DNA from: Coriobacteriia bacterium
Lineage (GTDB): Bacteria > Actinomycetota > Coriobacteriia > WRKU01 > JAENWW01
Direction of reading: 5' to 3'
DNA: 64,000 bases
NCBI GenBank assembly: GCA_016649875.1
Contig: JAENWW010000005.1
Span: 12,401 to 76,400, forward strand
This document shows positions 59,604 through 64,000 of this stretch, one piece after another. The notes below the pieces were generated by a model. That model had not been told where the DNA came from, did not search any database, and saw nothing but the letters and a program-made list of their open reading frames with translations. Each line of letters begins with the position of its first letter. The first letter of the stretch is position 1. The position numbers were made by a program, and so were the translations under genes.

Positions 59604-61193
59604 ATGCGTGTACTGGTTGCAGAGAAAATCGCCGCTCGCGGCATAGAGATTTTACAAGAGAAGTTCGATGTCGATGTCGAACTTTCGCTCACTCATGAAG
59701 AGCTCGTGGAAAAAATCGTCGACTATGATGCATTGATCGTACGTTCCGCCACGCAAGCGACACGCGATGTCATCGCGGCGGGCAAAAACCTCAAGGTGAT
59801 CGGGCGTGCGGGAGTCGGTGTCGACAACGTCGATGTCGCATCTGCCACCGAGCGCGGTATCATCGTGTGCAACGCGCCGACGTCGAATATCGTTTCCGCC
59901 GCAGAGCAGACGATGGCGCTCATGCTCGCCTGTGCTCGCAAAACTCCGCAGGCGAACGCTTCGATGAAAGCGGGCAAGTGGGAGCGCTCCAAGTTCACCG
60001 GTACCGAGCTTTTCGAAAAGACGCTCGCAATCTTTGGCCTCGGTCGTATCGGTTCGCTCATCGCCGAACGCGCGACGGCGTTCGGGATGCGCGTCATCGC
60101 CTATGACCCCTATGCGAGTCAGGCGCGTGCGCAATCGCTCGGCGTCGAACTCATGACGGAGCCGAGGGAGATCATGAAGCAGGCCGATGTCATCACCGTA
60201 CACCTTCCGAAAACCAAAGAAACCATCGGCATGTTTGACGAAAGCAGCTTGGAATACATGCGCGATGGCGTGATCTTGATCAACGCCGCCCGTGGTGGCA
60301 TTTACGAGGAGAAGGCGCTCGTCCAAGGTCTCCGCAGCGGGAAAATCGGTGCCGTGGGAATCGACGTGTGGGAGAAAGAGCCTTGCACCGATTCGCCGTT
60401 GCGCGAGTTCGACAATGCAATCATGACGCCTCACCTCGGAGCCTCGACCAAAGAGGCGCAGGCGCGTGCCGGCATTCAAATCGCCGAGTATGTTTCGCTC
60501 GGTCTCGAAGGACGCATGGTCGCCACCGCGGTCAACGTCACCCCGGTGCCCGCCGACGTCATGGTCAAGGTGCGCCCCTATATCAACCTTGCACAGGATA
60601 TGGGCACCATGGTCGCGCAACTCATCACCGGCGGTATCGAAAAAGTCGAAATCACTTCGGTCGGTCTGCTCTCCGAAATGGACACGCGTATCATCACGAC
60701 CGCCGCTTTGAAGGGGATGCTCTCAAGCGTCACGAGCGATCCGGTCAATTTCGTCAATGCGAACTACTTGGCTGAGGTGCGTGGCATTCAAATCGAAGAG
60801 AAAAAGCGCGCCGATGTTTCCGACTATACCTCGTTGGTCATCCTGGAAGTCACCACTTCGACGGGCACGGTGAAAATCGCCGGTAGCTGCATCGGGAAAA
60901 ACAACGATCCGCGCATCGTGAGCCTGTTCAGCTACGATCTCGACGTCGCACCTTCCGAGCACATGGCGTTCTTCTTGTATCCGGATCGTCCCGGCGTCAT
61001 CGGCAAAGTCGGAACCGTATTGGGCTCGGCCGGCGTCAATGTCGGTCTCATGCAGGTGGGGAGAAGCGAGACCGGCGGACAGGCGCTCATGGCCATCGCC
61101 GTTGACACTCCGCTTTCAGCAGCCATTCTCACCGAACTCACCTCGTCTTCTTCGGGGGAGCCGATGGATGAGGCATGGTACGTACAACTCTAG
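59604..61193 (+). CDS. serA: D-3-phosphoglycerate dehydrogenase (long form with ASB and ACT domains)
   Basis: RAGVGVDNVD, GLGRIG, NAARGG, TPHLGAST and DRPGVIG motifs. Confidence 0.95.
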   Translation: MRVLVAEKIAARGIEILQEKFDVDVELSLTHEELVEKIVDYDALIVRSATQATRDVIAAGKNLKVIGRAGVGVDNVDVASATERGIIVCNAPTSNIVSAAEQTMALMLACARKTPQANASMKAGKWERSKFTGTELFEKTLAIFGLGRIGSLIAERATAFGMRVIAYDPYASQARAQSLGVELMTEPREIMKQADVITVHLPKTKETIGMFDESSLEYMRDGVILINAARGGIYEEKALVQGLRSGKIGAVGIDVWEKEPCTDSPLREFDNAIMTPHLGASTKEAQARAGIQIAEYVSLGLEGRMVATAVNVTPVPADVMVKVRPYINLAQDMGTMVAQLITGGIEKVEITSVGLLSEMDTRIITTAALKGMLSSVTSDPVNFVNANYLAEVRGIQIEEKKRADVSDYTSLVILEVTTSTGTVKIAGSCIGKNNDPRIVSLFSYDLDVAPSEHMAFFLYPDRPGVIGKVGTVLGSAGVNVGLMQVGRSETGGQALMAIAVDTPLSAAILTELTSSSSGEPMDEAWYVQL

Positions 61194-61999
61194 ATGTCTT
61201 CGTCTTCGTCGATTTCATCTTCGAGGACGTAATCCAATGTCGGGTCGCTCGGCGAGTGATTGCCCCGCGCGAGCACGTAGATCAAAACGCCGATTGCAAG
61301 TGCGAGCAATACGCCCGCGGCGATGATCAAGTAGATGTTGAGCGTACTTTTGCCCGTTTTGGCCGTGGGCGTCGTGTTCGTGCTCGCTATTTTAGTGTTG
61401 CTGATGAACGCCATCTGTGCAAGTTTTTGCTGACCGGCTTTTGCGTCGGTGAATATAGTTCCGTAGAGATTTTTCCCTTCGGCGTTTTGCCCGAGCAAGG
61501 AAATGTCTTTCCCGACGCCCGTATAGTTGTCGGGAGCCGGGGTGATGATGGCCATGCGTTTTACATCGTATGAAGGGATCCAGCCCATACCGTATACGAG
61601 GTGTCCGGTCGAACTGATGGTGAGGGGATCGCTCTTAAACGTCATCCCGAAAGATTTCTTCGAGTCGATCGTAAGGGAGTAGATATCGACGGTCTTTCCC
61701 TTTTTAACGGTGTAGTCGACCTGTGTAGTTTTATTCGGGGCGGCGGCATCGAACGTATAAGCTTTCTTCGCAGTGAAAAAAGTGGGCGCCTGAACTTTGA
61801 CGGTGACGGGGTAGGCTTGGTCGGAGGGCAATTCACCCTTCACGTCGATGAGCACTTTCCCGGTCGTCGCAGAGTCGGCGATGACTTGCAAGTAGTCGAG
61901 TTGCTTAACGGTGTTGGCCGCTCCGGCAATTGAGGCGCCGCCTAATAGTGCCAGACACAGAGCGATGGATGCTGGCAAACGAAGAGTTTTGATTGACAT
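61190..61999 (-). CDS. Secreted, C-terminally membrane-anchored hypothetical protein
   Basis: Signal peptide, beta-rich body, Thr-rich linker, C-terminal TM and acidic tail. AGGAGG RBS. Confidence 0.75.
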   Translation of the reverse strand: MSIKTLRLPASIALCLALLGGASIAGAANTVKQLDYLQVIADSATTGKVLIDVKGELPSDQAYPVTVKVQAPTFFTAKKAYTFDAAAPNKTTQVDYTVKKGKTVDIYSLTIDSKKSFGMTFKSDPLTISSTGHLVYGMGWIPSYDVKRMAIITPAPDNYTGVGKDISLLGQNAEGKNLYGTIFTDAKAGQQKLAQMAFISNTKIASTNTTPTAKTGKSTLNIYLIIAAGVLLALAIGVLIYVLARGNHSPSDPTLDYVLEDEIDEDEDI

Positions 62000-62455
62000 T
62001 CATTTCCTCCTAAAACCCTTATACTTAAAGCCTGACGGCTGGGCAATCTTACTTATAATACCTTAATGGTTCACAAAAAAATGTGTTAATTAAATTGTCG
62101 CCCGATGTGAATTAACATGATATATGGGCGATAAGACCGGAAAGCAGAAACTGCGTGTCGACCTCAACGAAAGTCGATAAGGGCCATTTGGTTCTCAACA
62201 CAATTTTCAACACGTTGGCTTCTGCGGATCAACGGCGGTGTGCAGTTTTTATTGGCCGCTCTCGATGGCTTTTGATTGTCTCTGTGAATCCTGTGGAGAA
62301 CGTATGCACGATTCCAAGAAATGAGATGTGGGATTTTTTGGATATGCTACACTCGTTGTGGTATGAAAACCCTCTCGTTTCTGCGCGCGCGAGGGCTGAA
62401 TATGTAAGCCAAGAGGAGTTACTGAAGCGACATCGTAGAAATGTTGGAGGAATGC

Positions 62456-63286
62456 ATGCCAGAGATGAACGAGTCGGTGGTAGTATCGGATACATCACAG
62501 ACACCCCTTGAGACGAAGCCTCGCAAGGAAAAGAAATCACGTAAAGTCAAAAAAGTAAATCCGAAGAGCATATGGAACGACCCGGTGGTCGCATTCATGG
62601 GACTGTTGGTTGTTGCGCTCGTATTGGCGGCGCTTGCTTTTGTAGCGATTGCGCTTATCAGAGGCTATATCGGCTCGACTGCACCGAAATATGCAGATCA
62701 AGCCCTTCTCGTGCGAAGTTCTCAAGATGTCGGTCAGTATAAGGACGATCCGGGACTTTACTACAAATATGTCATGCAGCTCATTGCCAACAAACAATAC
62801 ACGTCGGCACAGGATAAAATCGACAGCGGTCTGAAACAATTCGCTAAAGCCGATGTCTATGATCAGGGCATGATGACGGCGCAGGCCTATCTCTATGCGG
62901 CGAAGGGCGATTTACCCGCCGCGGTAAAGGCGGGAGCGGCTGCCCAAGCCGAGATGACGAAACAGTATGAGATTCTTCTGAAAAGCAGTCAGCAACCGAA
63001 TAGTGCGACGGCTTATGGCATGAGTGACAACTACTATGCCATGCAACTGTTGCTCGGTGGCATCTACGCGCAACAAGGTAAATATCCCGCAGCCATCAAA
63101 GAGTTGAAAGCTTATCTCGCCATCACCAACAACTCGATGCAGTCGGGGGTTTGGATCGATCTCGGGAACGCTTATGCTAAGAACGGCGATACGAGCTTGG
63201 CAGAAAAAGCGTATAAATCCGCACTGGAATATGAGCCTGATAATACTGAGGCGAAAGCGGCATTGGCTAAGTTAGGAGCAAAATAA
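62456..63286 (+). CDS. Membrane-anchored TPR protein
   Basis: N-terminal TM, then TPR motifs (LLGGIYAQQGKYPAAIKEL, WIDLGNAYAKNGDTSLAEKAYKSALEYEPDN). GGAGG RBS before 62456. Confidence 0.85.
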   Translation: MPEMNESVVVSDTSQTPLETKPRKEKKSRKVKKVNPKSIWNDPVVAFMGLLVVALVLAALAFVAIALIRGYIGSTAPKYADQALLVRSSQDVGQYKDDPGLYYKYVMQLIANKQYTSAQDKIDSGLKQFAKADVYDQGMMTAQAYLYAAKGDLPAAVKAGAAAQAEMTKQYEILLKSSQQPNSATAYGMSDNYYAMQLLLGGIYAQQGKYPAAIKELKAYLAITNNSMQSGVWIDLGNAYAKNGDTSLAEKAYKSALEYEPDNTEAKAALAKLGAK

Positions 63287-64000
63287 ATGAGTGAGGACTA
63301 TTCGCAAATTTCGGCGCCGGACTCAGGCGAACAGCAGATCTCGGCTGCTCCCGATGAAAACGAGAATGTAATCGATGAGAAAGTCGTTTCGAGCAAAGGG
63401 CGGAAAATTCTTGCCGTCGCGCTCGTTATCTTGGTGCTGCTCCTCATAGGCATCGGTTTTCTTTTAGTGAAGATGATGCTTCCCAGCGCCGGAGTCAGCA
63501 AGGATACCGGCGGGGTGACATGGATTCGCTCCCTCTACGGATTCGGTGACAAGTACGGCGAATTGATCAACCCGAACAGCGTCGTCGTCGATCCTGCCGA
63601 TGGAACGTTTTGGATGACGGATCCCTCTTTCATCCGTCTGGTCAACGTTCGTATGGACGGGTCGCTTGTAAAGATTATCGGCAAGAAAGCCACCCAAAAG
63701 GGGGCATTTCGTAACCCGTCGGATATGGCGATCGGCAATGACGGTCTGATCTATGTCATTGAATCGACGTACGATGTCGTGCGTGTGTTCGATAAAACCG
63801 GCAACGAAAAAGGATCGTTCACCGTTCCGAGTCCTTTGAGTATCGCGGTCAGCGACAACTATATCGTCGTGGGAGCCAACTCCGGTTTCGTCATTATGGA
63901 TAAAAATGCGAACGTACTGCATTTGATAGGTACCAACGGCAAAGGAACCGACCAGTTCGATAAGATCAACGGAGTTGCCATCGATGGCGCCGACAACATT
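63287..64000 (+). CDS. Membrane-anchored NHL-repeat beta-propeller protein (partial, runs off the window)
   Basis: Open frame from the ATG at 63287, not in the ORF track because it has no stop. TM helix, then FRNPSDMAIGNDGLIYV..DVVRVFD and GTNGKGTDQFDKINGVAID NHL repeats. Confidence 0.8.
   Translation, partial: MSEDYSQISAPDSGEQQISAAPDENENVIDEKVVSSKGRKILAVALVILVLLLIGIGFLLVKMMLPSAGVSKDTGGVTWIRSLYGFGDKYGELINPNSVVVDPADGTFWMTDPSFIRLVNVRMDGSLVKIIGKKATQKGAFRNPSDMAIGNDGLIYVIESTYDVVRVFDKTGNEKGSFTVPSPLSIAVSDNYIVVGANSGFVIMDKNANVLHLIGTNGKGTDQFDKINGVAIDGADNI

Overview
A 64 kb chromosomal segment from an anaerobic, moderately GC-rich bacterium. The best guess is a Coriobacteriia-type actinomycete, inferred from the gene set, apparent leaderless promoters and monoderm-type surface proteins. 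The first ~4.4 kb is a more AT-rich accessory islet of toxin-antitoxin/Fic genes: DinJ/RelB + RhuM-Doc fusion, an orphan AbiEi, a RelBE pair and a class II Fic. The remainder is mostly core metabolism: 5'-nucleotidase, a stand-alone HEPN protein, pcrA, CBS-pyrophosphatase, phoRB/pstSCAB, nhaA, thrC/apgM, metH-metV-metF-lpdA, ligA, gatC-gatA-(PASTA protein)-gatB, pncBA, rlmKL, a nifV-like synthase/aconitase-like/dehydrogenase cluster, an O-antigen-ligase-like gene with a nucleotide-sugar dehydrogenase, a T-box-like leader before ilvBNC-serC-serA, and the start of a TPR/NHL surface-protein locus. The most interesting signals outside the ORF track are (i) two separate minus-strand intergenic elements that look like small RNAs and share a CCCCCCUU/CCUCCC exposed motif, (ii) a T-box-like leader with an apparent Thr (ACC) specifier and a non-canonical T-box bulge, and (iii) a 27-codon uORF (MKRIPGTT...) abutting the thrC RBS. 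All family assignments come from reading motifs by eye; no searches were run.
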